Shown: piece by piece, positions 10,048 through 19,215 of the stretch
How positions within the stretch are numbered: position 1 is the stretch's first letter
Layout: each line of letters opens with the position of its first letter
From: Candidatus Micrarchaeota archaeon
GTDB taxonomy: Archaea; Micrarchaeota; Micrarchaeia; Anstonellales; Bilamarchaeaceae
Assembly (NCBI GenBank): GCA_037447235.1
Contig: JBBIHC010000005.1
Coordinates: 10,455-60,503 of the forward strand
Direction of reading: 5' to 3'
Length of the DNA stretch: 50,049 nucleotides
The notes under the pieces: generated by a model
What the model was told of the DNA's origin: nothing
The model's input: only the letters and a program-made list of their open reading frames with translations
Database searches by the model: none
Position numbers and translations under genes: made by a program

Positions 10048-10209
10048 ATGGCAGAGGAAAAGGTAATGATGCCTGTCGGCTCAGCCGGCATAATGGGTCT
10101 TTCGCCGGACATCAGGCTCAGCGGAATTGAAATCGACCCGAAGGTCCTCATAATAGCGGTTTTTGCATTCGTGCTGGTAATAAAGCTTGCCGGATTTTTC
10201 ATAAGCTGA
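10048..10209 (+). CDS. secG: Preprotein translocase subunit Sec61beta (53 aa)
   Basis: Manual translation MAEEKVMMPVGSAGIMGLSPDIRLSGIEIDPKVLIIAVFAFVLVIKLAGFFIS matches the archaeal Sec61beta pattern (MP..SAG+..I.IDP + one TM); TTTTTAAA about 25 nt upstream. Confidence 0.85.
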   Translation: MAEEKVMMPVGSAGIMGLSPDIRLSGIEIDPKVLIIAVFAFVLVIKLAGFFIS

Positions 10210-10223
10210 GCGGCCCAGGCAGC

Positions 10224-11345
10224 CTATTCCGCCCGCCCGCCAAGTTCCCTGATTATCCTTTCCCCGTATTTCGTTTTGTTTTCTTTGCTGGCGAGAACAA
10301 GTATCTTCCTTCTCTTCTCTTCTGCGGCAGCCAGCGAAGCAACCAGCGCGGAGATGTCCTCAAGCCTTGCCAGCCTGCCGTTTTTCTTCCTTATCCTGAG
10401 GCTTACCGGTTTCGAGAACTGGGTCGGGTAATCCAGCAGTATTTCGCAGTTGAATTTTTCGGAAAGCTCCCTCCCCAGCCTTTCAGCTTCCCGTTTTTTT
10501 AGTTTCTTCTCGCTTATTGAGGCTATCTCTTTATAGAGCCTTCTTTTCACGAGCCCGTCCACATAGCGGGATGCTTTTTTTGATTCACGCATTTTTGCAA
10601 GCGCGGCCTCGTCGCCAAGCCAGATGAATTCTTCCGGCATTATTGCCCCTTCATCTATCGCATTCTCTATTGCCTTGTGGAGCATCGCGGTTGCTATCCT
10701 GACTGTTTTGTGCAGGTAGACAGTTGAGAACATCATAAACCGCGCGATGAGGAGCCATTCCGCCGCTTCTATGCCGCCCTCAACGATGCAAAGCCCGTTT
10801 TTTTCCATCCTTATAGTATGGATAAGGCGGTCGGTGTCTATCAGGCCATATGCCACGCCTGTGTTCAGCGCATCCCTTTTCAGGTAATCCATCCTGTCCG
10901 CCCCTATGTCCGTGTCGGTGATCGCCGCAAGATTTTTGCCCATTCCGATTATTTTCCTGATGTCGTGATTCTCGTTTACGATATCCCTTATCTCGGATTC
11001 CATAATCATCCTTTTCCCTACCTCCTCGTGGGTTCCGAGATGCCCCTTCAGCACGTCTTCCCCTTCGTGGGAAAAAGCAACATGGCCGACATCGTGCAAC
11101 AACGCATAAAGCCTGACGTAGCTCTTTTCTTCTTCGCTTTCCAGTAGCCTTTCTGCCATCTGCCCGGCCAGGTGCGCTGTGCCTAGGGAGTGCTCAAATC
11201 TCGTATGGTTTGCGCAAGGATAGACCAGGTTCGTTATTGACATCTGCCTTATCCCCCTCAAGCGCTGGAATTCCGGCGTGTCTATTATCCTTTCCTCAAC
11301 ATCGCCGAATTCTATGGTGCCGTAAAGATTGTCCTTTATTATCAT
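10224..11345 (-). CDS. HD-domain phosphohydrolase (SAMHD1/dNTP triphosphohydrolase-like)
   Basis: IIDTPEFQRLRGIRQ, ANHTRFEHSLG, LLHDVGH..FSH, ADRMDYLKRD, MFSTVYLHKTVR. Confidence 0.92.
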   Translation of the reverse strand: MIIKDNLYGTIEFGDVEERIIDTPEFQRLRGIRQMSITNLVYPCANHTRFEHSLGTAHLAGQMAERLLESEEEKSYVRLYALLHDVGHVAFSHEGEDVLKGHLGTHEEVGKRMIMESEIRDIVNENHDIRKIIGMGKNLAAITDTDIGADRMDYLKRDALNTGVAYGLIDTDRLIHTIRMEKNGLCIVEGGIEAAEWLLIARFMMFSTVYLHKTVRIATAMLHKAIENAIDEGAIMPEEFIWLGDEAALAKMRESKKASRYVDGLVKRRLYKEIASISEKKLKKREAERLGRELSEKFNCEILLDYPTQFSKPVSLRIRKKNGRLARLEDISALVASLAAAEEKRRKILVLASKENKTKYGERIIRELGGRAE

Positions 11346-12128
11346 TCAAACCGCCGCATAGACCCCTTTTCTCTTTTCTATTACCTCGCCTGACTCGGCA
11401 AGAAAATTGAGCACTGCCTTTACCGCGTCTTCGTCCATCCTTGTCGCTTTCACAATCTCGCCAATGCCCCTTTCCTTGTCAAGCGCCTTCAGTATCTTTC
11501 TTGAGCTTTCCGCAAAGAATTTGGTGTTTATCACGTAGTAGTTGTTGTCAAACCCCTTCAGCCCGCGCAGCTCCCCCCGCTTCAGGCGCTCTTTTAATTT
11601 GCCCATAAGGGCGAGCGCCTCCTTTTCGCCCAGCACAAGATATCCTTCTTTGCCCAATAGCTCTTCTGCCTCGGATGGCGGCGCGGCAGGCGCCCGCGCG
11701 GCGGCGTTGGCTTTGCCTTGCCCTGTTTTTCTGCTTTGAAGCATTGAAAATATCCTGTCATCTATGTTGTATACCCCACTGGCGTATTTCCTCCCTATGA
11801 AAACATTGACGAATCCTTTCTTCTCCAGGGTTTTCAGGATCTCAAGTTCCTTCGGCGACAGGGTTTTTGCGACATTCTCCGGCGTTCTCTGCTCAAACCT
11901 TACAGAAAGAAGCTTCATGATGACATCTTTTTCTTCATCTGTCACGGCTTTGCCCTCTGCCGCGGCTCCGGCTTCGGCCGGGCCTGGCTTTTTTATCCGC
12001 TCAAGCGGCAGCGCAAGCAGGTAAAACCCGTCTCTCAGCCTGAATACCTCAATGCTATCAAAATCTGCAAATTCCTGCGGCAGCTCGACAAAGCACTTGT
12101 TGCTTTTTTTGATTAAGGTTATTCTCAT
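11346..12128 (-). CDS. Hypothetical protein with winged-helix-like segments
   Basis: Start re-assigned to ATG 12128 (GGAGGTGG upstream; overlaps cdc6 stop). C-terminal ILKAL..IGEIVKATRMDEDAVKAVLNFLAESGEVIEKRKGVY is wHTH-like. Confidence 0.65.
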   Translation of the reverse strand: MRITLIKKSNKCFVELPQEFADFDSIEVFRLRDGFYLLALPLERIKKPGPAEAGAAAEGKAVTDEEKDVIMKLLSVRFEQRTPENVAKTLSPKELEILKTLEKKGFVNVFIGRKYASGVYNIDDRIFSMLQSRKTGQGKANAAARAPAAPPSEAEELLGKEGYLVLGEKEALALMGKLKERLKRGELRGLKGFDNNYYVINTKFFAESSRKILKALDKERGIGEIVKATRMDEDAVKAVLNFLAESGEVIEKRKGVYAAV

Positions 12129-13327
12129 ATGCCCACCTCCGGGCTGCCGAACAGTGTCATCTCGGTTATTTTGTAAACTGCCTGGGGCTCGTGGCCCAGC
12201 TTTATCAGCGTCGTCTGGCCCCTTATTCCCTTGCTGCTTGGCGTGGTCACTACCAAGCCGAGCATCTCCAGGTCGTTTAGATATTCCTTGTACCATCTCA
12301 GGCTTCGCGGTTTTTTTCTCAGTTGCCTGCAGCAGCCCTCGTACTCCCCATAAACTTCGCCTGACATCAAAAATCCGTCATTAATTCCGTCGAGGCGTGC
12401 GTAATACCTGTTTTTGTCAATGGAGAGTTTTGCGATCGCGTGCAGCGTTATCCTGTGCATCTCCGGAAGCGTGTTGACCGTCTCCGCTATCAAATCAAGC
12501 TCAACCCGCTTTCGCGCTTCCTCGACATCCGAATCTTCCATGATGTTTTTTTTCCTTTCTTCAGCGATCTCGCCGGCCCTCATCAAAAGCTTCAGCGCAT
12601 ACCTGGCATCCCCGCTTTCCTGCGCGGTAATCGCCGCGGCAAGATTTATTGCTGACTGCCTGACAACGCCCGGCTGGAATCCCTCTTCAACGCGCTGCTC
12701 AAGGATTTTCTGCAGTTGCTCGGAAGTGTATGGCGGAAAAACTATCTCCACCTCGTTAAGGCTGCTCCTGCTTCTCGGATCAAGGTTTTCCTTGAAAGAA
12801 AGCTTGTTGGATACCCCAATTATCGTTATTCCGCCTGCCGCCACCTCATCGTTCGCCCTTGTGAGGGTATAAACAAGGTCGTCAAGGTCCTTTATCATAT
12901 CTATCTCGTCAAGCACGACGATTATGTAAGCCCCCTGCCGGAGGGTTTCAAGAAGCTTCTCATAGATGAACGGAAGGCCAAAGCCGGCTTTCTCAAGTTC
13001 CGGGCAGTACTCCTTCACAATCTTCTGCAATACCCGGTATTTTGAATTGTATATCCTGCAATTGAGGTAATGCATCCTTGCCCTGCTTTGCACTTTTTCG
13101 AATTCCTCCATTATCTTTTTTATCGAGCAGGTTTTGCCGGTGCCAGTTTTTCCATATATCAGTATGTTTCTTGCCTTCTGGTTTTTCAGCGAAGGCGCCA
13201 CATAAGCCATTATCTCTTCAATTTGCTTTTCCCTGTAGTACAGCGTCTTTGGTATGTAATGCGGGGATAAGACGGATATGTTTTTGAATATGGAGTCTGA
13301 ACCAAGAAATTTTTCAAAAGAAGCCAT
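12125..13327 (-). CDS. cdc6: Orc1/Cdc6 replication initiator
   Basis: IFKN..VLSPHYIP..YREKQI, GKTGTGKT, VLDEID, LDPRSRSSL, FPPY..QL..IL..R, GDARYAL, C-terminal wH (LEMLGLV..GIRGQT); start at ATG 13327. Confidence 0.97.
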   Translation of the reverse strand: MASFEKFLGSDSIFKNISVLSPHYIPKTLYYREKQIEEIMAYVAPSLKNQKARNILIYGKTGTGKTCSIKKIMEEFEKVQSRARMHYLNCRIYNSKYRVLQKIVKEYCPELEKAGFGLPFIYEKLLETLRQGAYIIVVLDEIDMIKDLDDLVYTLTRANDEVAAGGITIIGVSNKLSFKENLDPRSRSSLNEVEIVFPPYTSEQLQKILEQRVEEGFQPGVVRQSAINLAAAITAQESGDARYALKLLMRAGEIAEERKKNIMEDSDVEEARKRVELDLIAETVNTLPEMHRITLHAIAKLSIDKNRYYARLDGINDGFLMSGEVYGEYEGCCRQLRKKPRSLRWYKEYLNDLEMLGLVVTTPSSKGIRGQTTLIKLGHEPQAVYKITEMTLFGSPEVGI

Positions 13328-13340
13328 GCTTTTTTTTCGT

Positions 13341-13365
13341 AGCAAGGATTTATAAATCCATTGCT
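13341..13365. promoter_or_regulatory. Palindrome overlapping probable cdc6 TATA box
   Basis: Perfect 14-bp palindrome GGATTTATAAATCC (13346-13359) extended by AGCAA...TTGCT, about 20-35 nt upstream of the cdc6 ATG. Confidence 0.5.
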
Positions 13366-13496
13366 GTTTTTGTTTTTTTTCGTCGTGGGAATAATGGAAG
13401 TCCAAAAGTTAAAATATTTTGTATTTTTGCCTATCAGTTGTTAGTTATTTAACGTTGTGGTAATTTTAAAAACATTTCGCAACAAATGGTAAACAT

Positions 13497-14627
13497 ATGT
13501 CTCACAAGCTTCTAATCAAAAAAAACAGGGGCGCCATGCCTGTTCGAAAGCCAGTCAGAGTTTCTAAAGCATTCATTGAAGAAATAATAAGAGTAGTGGG
13601 TAATCTTGAGACGCGAGAATCAATTACAGTCTCGTCTTCAGATCAGCAATCAAAGCGTCAGTTAGAAAACGTTAAACGCATATTCAGAAAGAACCTGAAC
13701 GATATGGAAGATGCTTATATTGAATACCAGATCGCTGCCGGGCGTGCCTTGGATGTGCTTAATAGCCTTCCTATCAGTGAAAGGGTAAAACTTTTGTTTG
13801 ACCGCTGGGCAGAGCACGATAACTACGGAAGGGCAATGTACCACCATACGCGCGCCATAGAAAGGGCAATGTCAAGAATTCCGGATAATCTCATACCCAC
13901 ATCGTTGCTGGAAGAGAAGCGCAATGCCAGAAGAAAAAGGAGATCCCTGGTCTTTTTTGATCCGTTTGTCGGGAATGGCGATGTTTTCTCAATAATCCTG
14001 CGGATAACCGCGGAGCAGCACGCCAGGATATCGCAGAAGCCCCTTGATCTGATTGTTTATATAAATGATATTTCGCCAAGAATGGTCCGTTTGGCAAGAA
14101 TGAAACTTGAGAAGCAGATGGAGATTCTGGAGAATGAGCATAAGGCGTGCATTAAAGACATATTTTCATCCGAAATCAATTTCCTTGATGATGCCGCCAG
14201 GAGTGATGCATTATCCGGTTTGCCCTTCTCTGAGGTGGATGTTGTCATTGTTTCGCAGACCCTTAACCTGCTTAAGGGCATAGAAACCAAAAACAAGGCA
14301 CTAACGCTGCTTCACGACTACCTGAAAGTCGGCGGCAATCTTGTTGTCATAGGGGAGGATCCGGACCGGTTTACCCTGTCAAAGGATATGGACATCCTGT
14401 CCACGCTGCTCTTTCAGTCAGTTTTTGAGCCGTTCGGCAAGAATGAGACCGAAGCTGAAATAAAAAGAATAAGAAACGGCAGATTGATGATAATAGGGGA
14501 GAGCTCGGAAAAGATAGACGACGACCACGCGACCTTTGTAAGGGTCGCACAGCGGATTCATCGGTCTTCTGAGCTCGGAAAGGCGCAGACGACTGGGCCG
14601 GCAGCCGGGCGTTTGATCTTTTCCTGA
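13497..14627 (+). CDS. Divergent class I SAM-dependent methyltransferase-fold protein
   Basis: FFDPFVGNG (motif I-like), YINDISPRM (motif II), VDVVIVSQTLNL, LKVGGNLVVIGE. Confidence 0.6.
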   Translation: MSHKLLIKKNRGAMPVRKPVRVSKAFIEEIIRVVGNLETRESITVSSSDQQSKRQLENVKRIFRKNLNDMEDAYIEYQIAAGRALDVLNSLPISERVKLLFDRWAEHDNYGRAMYHHTRAIERAMSRIPDNLIPTSLLEEKRNARRKRRSLVFFDPFVGNGDVFSIILRITAEQHARISQKPLDLIVYINDISPRMVRLARMKLEKQMEILENEHKACIKDIFSSEINFLDDAARSDALSGLPFSEVDVVIVSQTLNLLKGIETKNKALTLLHDYLKVGGNLVVIGEDPDRFTLSKDMDILSTLLFQSVFEPFGKNETEAEIKRIRNGRLMIIGESSEKIDDDHATFVRVAQRIHRSSELGKAQTTGPAAGRLIFS

Positions 14628-14634
14628 AGCGATG

Positions 14635-15105
14635 CTAGTATATTTTGAACGGGTTGTACTCCGAGCTGTGCTTATAGCTTGTCAATATCAGATATGTTGA
14701 TGTTCGCGAGACGCCGGGCGTATTCTGGATTCTTCCCACGACTTCAGTCAATTCCTTTATGCTGCGCACCTCAACCATGGCAATCGCGTCGTACTGGCCC
14801 GCGGTTCCGTAAAGTGAAATGACCTGCGGCATTTTGGTTATATTCCCGAACTCCTTTGCGGTTGTCACATTGACATTTCTTGTCCGCATCAGGATTATTG
14901 CCCTGAATTCCAGGCCTAGCTTTTGATAGTCTATGTCAATGCTGTATTTTCTTATCACCCCGTCTTTTTCAAGGCGCTTTATCCTCTGCATCAGGGTGTT
15001 GGGGTGCGTCTTGAGCTTTTCCGCCAGTTTTTTATAGGAAACCTTTGCATCCTCCCGCAGGTCTCTCAATATGCCGATATCCAAGTCATCATATCCTCTT
15101 GCCAT
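14635..15105 (-). CDS. Lrp/AsnC family transcriptional regulator
   Basis: DDLDIGILRDLREDAK.SY..LA..RIKRLEKDGVI..Y; RAM domain with GQYD. Confidence 0.96.
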   Translation of the reverse strand: MARGYDDLDIGILRDLREDAKVSYKKLAEKLKTHPNTLMQRIKRLEKDGVIRKYSIDIDYQKLGLEFRAIILMRTRNVNVTTAKEFGNITKMPQVISLYGTAGQYDAIAMVEVRSIKELTEVVGRIQNTPGVSRTSTYLILTSYKHSSEYNPFKIY

Positions 15106-15247
15106 TTAAACCACCATACGCGATAGTTACAATATACCAATATGTCATTTTATACATTTTGATATATAAATATTGTTATTTTTTACATATTCCCTTTTGT
15201 TTAGCGTACCAGTAGGATTTTTAAACAATAGCACACAAAGTAGTTTT

Positions 15248-15865
15248 ATGAGAGCTTTTGTGTTTTCTTTAGATGCTTTTGTGGCCTTCATACTGGCGCT
15301 TGTTGCCGTCTATACCCTGATTTTCTTCTCAAGCGTGCCATCGGCGTATTATTTCATTCTCACGCAAGCGCATTATCTCTCGCGCGACGCCCTGCTTGCG
15401 GCAGCGCAAACAGACTGCAGCGCAATTATCAGTGGCGATTGCAGCGGCTCGGTGCTTGACAACATCTTGGAAGGCTCATCCATAGCGACTTCATTCGTCA
15501 CGCAATCAATAGGCGCCTCCATACCGAACCAGTTCGGGTACAGGCTGGAGAAAAGAAGCGTGGAGGGGGGCGATTGGGAAGTAATATACGACACTGCTAC
15601 GCAGTTGAGGGACCAGCATGCAAAAGCGATGAAAAAGCTCCAAGTTTCGACATCCATTGTCAATATCGGCCTGGTGAGCGAACGAACTATGGAAAGGACC
15701 AAGACAAACCCGTATGTTTACAACAGCTGCGGTGCTGGTAATGGCGGAGCAGGCGCGGGGTCGCGCCTGATAACCTGCGGCGACAGCGATCTTTTGGAGC
15801 CCGCAGAAGAGGAAATCGTGGTGCCGACAAAGGCAACCATAGTCCGGCTGACTGTTTTCATTTAG
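15248..15865 (+). CDS. Class III signal peptide (pilin-like) protein
   Basis: MRA|FVFSLDAFVAFILALVAVY N-terminus; Cys pairs in the soluble domain. Confidence 0.65.
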   Translation: MRAFVFSLDAFVAFILALVAVYTLIFFSSVPSAYYFILTQAHYLSRDALLAAAQTDCSAIISGDCSGSVLDNILEGSSIATSFVTQSIGASIPNQFGYRLEKRSVEGGDWEVIYDTATQLRDQHAKAMKKLQVSTSIVNIGLVSERTMERTKTNPYVYNSCGAGNGGAGAGSRLITCGDSDLLEPAEEEIVVPTKATIVRLTVFI

Positions 15866-15874
15866 GTGATTGTG

Positions 15875-17404
15875 ATGAAAGACAAAAAAGGCTTTTTCTT
15901 CATTCTTTCAGTATTTCTGATACTTTCCTACATCATGATGTCGCTCAGTGCCTGGGTGAAGGGCGTGGAAACATCGGAACAGGCATACAGCGAGATCTAC
16001 AAGGAGTCAAACATTGAGCTTGCAGTAAGCGAACTCACTCCAGCAAAGGGCCGTTATGTATCTGCTTTGGTGATGCAAAGGGCATTGTACGACATACGCA
16101 TTTACTCGGTTAACACCCCGGTCAAAAGAGGGGGCGAAGCTGACGAAATGGCGTATGTGCGCCAGGCATTTTACGAATACTTTGTCAATGGAAGCCCGTC
16201 TGCCAATAATTTTGAGCAGCCTTTCGCGCCGCAGGCCAAACCTTCTTCTTCCTTTGGTGGCTGGGTGAGAAGCCTTAACGATTCCCTTGCCGGCATCGGC
16301 GTTTTCATAAATGCTTTTGACATTTCAGGCTTTAATGTCTGGCAGGAAAGCGCGGAAGCAGTGAATTATTCAGTAAGAATAAGATTGAGCATGCAGGACA
16401 AGGCAGGCACCATGAGGCTTAACCGCGATTATGATATTAAAGGCCATGTCAATATAACCGGCTATGTTGACCCGGCCATCCTGAGGGAAACCTCGAAGAA
16501 GGGCACGCCGGTTTACAGGAGATTTTTCTTCGGTCCTTATGAGCAGCCCTCTGATCTCGCTCCGCGAAGCATGGCAGAGATTTCTGCAGGGCAGGGCTGG
16601 TTTTATGGCTATGTCGCAGAGGCGGGCACAGGCGGGGCGCTGCCTGAAGAAAAATACAGGCATTTGTACATTCTCGCCGGTACTTATGATGAAATAATAG
16701 CCACTCCGAACTATGAGCAGTTTGGCGCGTACATAATCACGAGTGCCCCCGCGGAGTCGCCAAGTACTGGTTGTACCGGCAAAACAAGCGAAAGCAGGAC
16801 ATTCAACGCTATAACTTATGTTTCGCCAGCTTGCCAGCCGGCTATTGAGCAACAGACCTCAACATTCAAGCCTTTTGTGGTGGCAACATCGCAGATTTCA
16901 TATCCGGCCTGCTACAACGTGGTGGAAAGCAAGGAGGGGGAATGCGCCCTCATCATTGCCGGCGCAAGCCCCGAAGAGGTAGCGCAGAACCCGACTAAGA
17001 AGTACCTGCGGCAAGGAAGCGGTGTTTTTGATATCGAAAAAGTGCGCGATTTCACTCTTTGCGGCTATTATATGAAAAGCGTTAAGGCGCCCTCATACCT
17101 GCAAAGGCTGTTTGGAAACGCTTACAGTCTTAACAGCAATTACGGCGCAGAGACCTTTCTTATCGGCGAATATGTGAGCGGTTCATACAACGATTTTAAT
17201 TTCGCGCAATACAGCGTGCTTGACCGCGAGATGTTCAGGTCTATTAGTCCTGCATCTTTTGTGAGGGGGCTGACGGGCTGCAAGAGCCAGGGAATATGCA
17301 GCAGCGACCCCTCAACAGGCGTTTTTGGCCTTAGCGCAGAGGCGCTTGCTGATTACGGCCTAAGCCAGATAAGCTGTGACAATGGCGGAGCGAGGTGTGT
17401 ATGA
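15875..17404 (+). CDS. Large class III signal peptide (pilin-like/adhesin) protein
   Basis: MKDKKG|FFFILSVFLILSYIMM; Cys-rich extracellular-type domain; GGTGA SD upstream. Confidence 0.6.
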   Translation: MKDKKGFFFILSVFLILSYIMMSLSAWVKGVETSEQAYSEIYKESNIELAVSELTPAKGRYVSALVMQRALYDIRIYSVNTPVKRGGEADEMAYVRQAFYEYFVNGSPSANNFEQPFAPQAKPSSSFGGWVRSLNDSLAGIGVFINAFDISGFNVWQESAEAVNYSVRIRLSMQDKAGTMRLNRDYDIKGHVNITGYVDPAILRETSKKGTPVYRRFFFGPYEQPSDLAPRSMAEISAGQGWFYGYVAEAGTGGALPEEKYRHLYILAGTYDEIIATPNYEQFGAYIITSAPAESPSTGCTGKTSESRTFNAITYVSPACQPAIEQQTSTFKPFVVATSQISYPACYNVVESKEGECALIIAGASPEEVAQNPTKKYLRQGSGVFDIEKVRDFTLCGYYMKSVKAPSYLQRLFGNAYSLNSNYGAETFLIGEYVSGSYNDFNFAQYSVLDREMFRSISPASFVRGLTGCKSQGICSSDPSTGVFGLSAEALADYGLSQISCDNGGARCV

Positions 17405-17805
17405 TGAAAGGGCAGGTTGCGACTGAATTTGTTGTTACGCTTGGCATGATTTTGCTTTTTGCCATTCCGGTCATATTCCTTTTGTTCTCCATAAGCCAGC
17501 TTGGCTACGAAGACAGCACCTTGGCGCAGGCTGATGCGTCCTCACGGGCGCTTGCGGAAACGATTAATTTTGTTTATAGCCAGGGAGATGGCGCAAAGCG
17601 CGTAATCCTGCTAAGCACTCCGCCTTCTACGCAAAGCATCGTCATAGGCAAGGAAGTCAGCATTACCATCGCCACGAGCAAGGGGCCTTACACGGCAAGC
17701 GCGCCCATATTCGGGCAGGCTGAACCAACCACGCTACGTAAAAGCGGGCTGTTTCCAATTGAGGTGCGCAACAGCGGGAACAGGGTTTCCGTAAAGGAGG
17801 TTTAG
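17401..17805 (+). CDS. Type IV pilin-like protein (class III signal)
   Basis: MKG|QVATEFVVTLGMILLF (Q+1, E+5). Confidence 0.8.
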   Translation: MMKGQVATEFVVTLGMILLFAIPVIFLLFSISQLGYEDSTLAQADASSRALAETINFVYSQGDGAKRVILLSTPPSTQSIVIGKEVSITIATSKGPYTASAPIFGQAEPTTLRKSGLFPIEVRNSGNRVSVKEV

Positions 17806-17808
17806 CGG

Positions 17809-18243
17809 ATGAGGGCCCAGTCAGCCACGGAGTTTTTTCTTTATGTCACTCTGTTCATGTTTGTTGCAATCGTGGCTTTTGTTATGGTGAATTACACGCA
17901 GAGCAGCGAACTGCCTGCGCAAAAGAACAAGGTGGCGGTGGAAATCGGGCACAATCTTGCCAACGTAGTTTCATTGGCAGTAAGAGGCGGGCCGGGTTTT
18001 ACTTACGTCTATTATTTTCCAAAAACGATCTATGGTTATCCGTATAATATAACCTTCAAAAAAAATAGCATGGTTTTGGATTGGACGAACGAATATGGCG
18101 CTTTCAACTATTACTACTCGCTACCAGACTACAATTATATATACGGAGGGTGCGTTGCCTCCGGGCTGCTCCAGAGCGAAGCATGCCAGCCAAATGTTTT
18201 AATATTGAATAACACAGAATCTGGTTTGGTGATCAGCAATTAA
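17809..18243 (+). CDS. Type IV pilin-like protein (class III signal)
   Basis: MRA|QSATEFFLYVTLFMFVAI. Confidence 0.8.
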   Translation: MRAQSATEFFLYVTLFMFVAIVAFVMVNYTQSSELPAQKNKVAVEIGHNLANVVSLAVRGGPGFTYVYYFPKTIYGYPYNITFKKNSMVLDWTNEYGAFNYYYSLPDYNYIYGGCVASGLLQSEACQPNVLILNNTESGLVISN

Positions 18244-18255
18244 GGGGATGATGGT

Positions 18256-18759
18256 ATGTTTATGAAAGGCCAATATTTCAGTTTTGATGCGATAGTCGCT
18301 TCGGTCATCTTTATGATGGCGGTCGTGATGCTTTTGAACTATTGGCACTCGGTAAGGACTTTCCTGGAATATCAGTCAGGCGACATCTCGCGCGAGGCAA
18401 TGAGAATTTCAGCCATGCTTTTTTCCCCACCGTCCCCTGCCACCGCAACCGAAAACAATTGCAGGAACATGCAGACAATAGGCCTGTTTAATTCTTTTGA
18501 GAGCAAGCAGGTAAGCAGGACGACGCTGGACTGCCTGCAGAGCGCGTATCGTACCGACCCGGCTGGCTTGAAATCAAGGTTTGCGACGCCATATGAAGTC
18601 ACCATCAAAGTCAGTGAGATTGGCAGCGGGTCTAGTTGGACAATCGGGCAGGAACCGCAATCACAATCAGAGATAGTAAAAATAAGACGAATCGCGAGCG
18701 TTGTCAAAGATGGCGGCAGCACAATGGCGACAGTTGATGTTTATCTTTACAGGCAATAA
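18256..18759 (+). CDS. Type IV pilin-like protein (class III signal)
   Basis: MKG|QYFSFDAIVASVIFMM. Confidence 0.72.
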   Translation: MFMKGQYFSFDAIVASVIFMMAVVMLLNYWHSVRTFLEYQSGDISREAMRISAMLFSPPSPATATENNCRNMQTIGLFNSFESKQVSRTTLDCLQSAYRTDPAGLKSRFATPYEVTIKVSEIGSGSSWTIGQEPQSQSEIVKIRRIASVVKDGGSTMATVDVYLYRQ

Positions 18760-18837
18760 AAAGACAGCGAAAGGCCTTTTTGCGGGCCCATCGTAATATT
18801 TATAAGGATTCTTATAGAAAACACTTCGGTGGTTTTA

Positions 18838-19215
18838 ATGCCAGAAAAGGTTTCAGGAGGAAAGGATTTGAGTTCTGACAGCAATCTTATGGCTGCCGTA
18901 AGCGAGTTTTTTGCTATCGGAGTTGTTATACCGTTGCTCCTCTACTTAATAAAGAAAGAGGATCGTTTCGTGAAATTCCATTCAGTGCAGGCTATGATGC
19001 TTGGCGTTGTCTGCTGGGTTTTATTCGTCGGCTTGAGCGTATTAAGCATTCCGCTTGCAGCAGTCAGTGGAGGGATCGGCGGGCTCCTCTCTTGCTTATC
19101 ATTCCCGATTTTAGCAGTCTTCGGGCTGGCCGCGCTGTTTGCAGCGTGGAAGGCATACCAGGGAGAAAAATACAAGCTTCCTGTGCTTGGCGACTTTGCT
19201 GAAAAATACTCCTGA
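18838..19215 (+). CDS. DUF4870/Tic20-like membrane protein
   Basis: NLMAA.., KEDRFVKFHSVQA, AWKAYQGEKYKLPVLGDFAEK. Confidence 0.85.
   Translation: MPEKVSGGKDLSSDSNLMAAVSEFFAIGVVIPLLLYLIKKEDRFVKFHSVQAMMLGVVCWVLFVGLSVLSIPLAAVSGGIGGLLSCLSFPILAVFGLAALFAAWKAYQGEKYKLPVLGDFAEKYS

Noticed and set aside
12129-12296. N-terminal extension of the 316-aa ORF, and similar extensions at 13405, 23095, 25785, 31814, 41264, 46705, 48363
   Set aside because: They overlap neighbouring genes or promoters; family homology and SD/TATA spacing favour the downstream ATGs used
13380-13405. Canonical ORB elements upstream of cdc6
   Set aside because: Only partial TCCA/TGGAA words; no repeated ORB with a G-string
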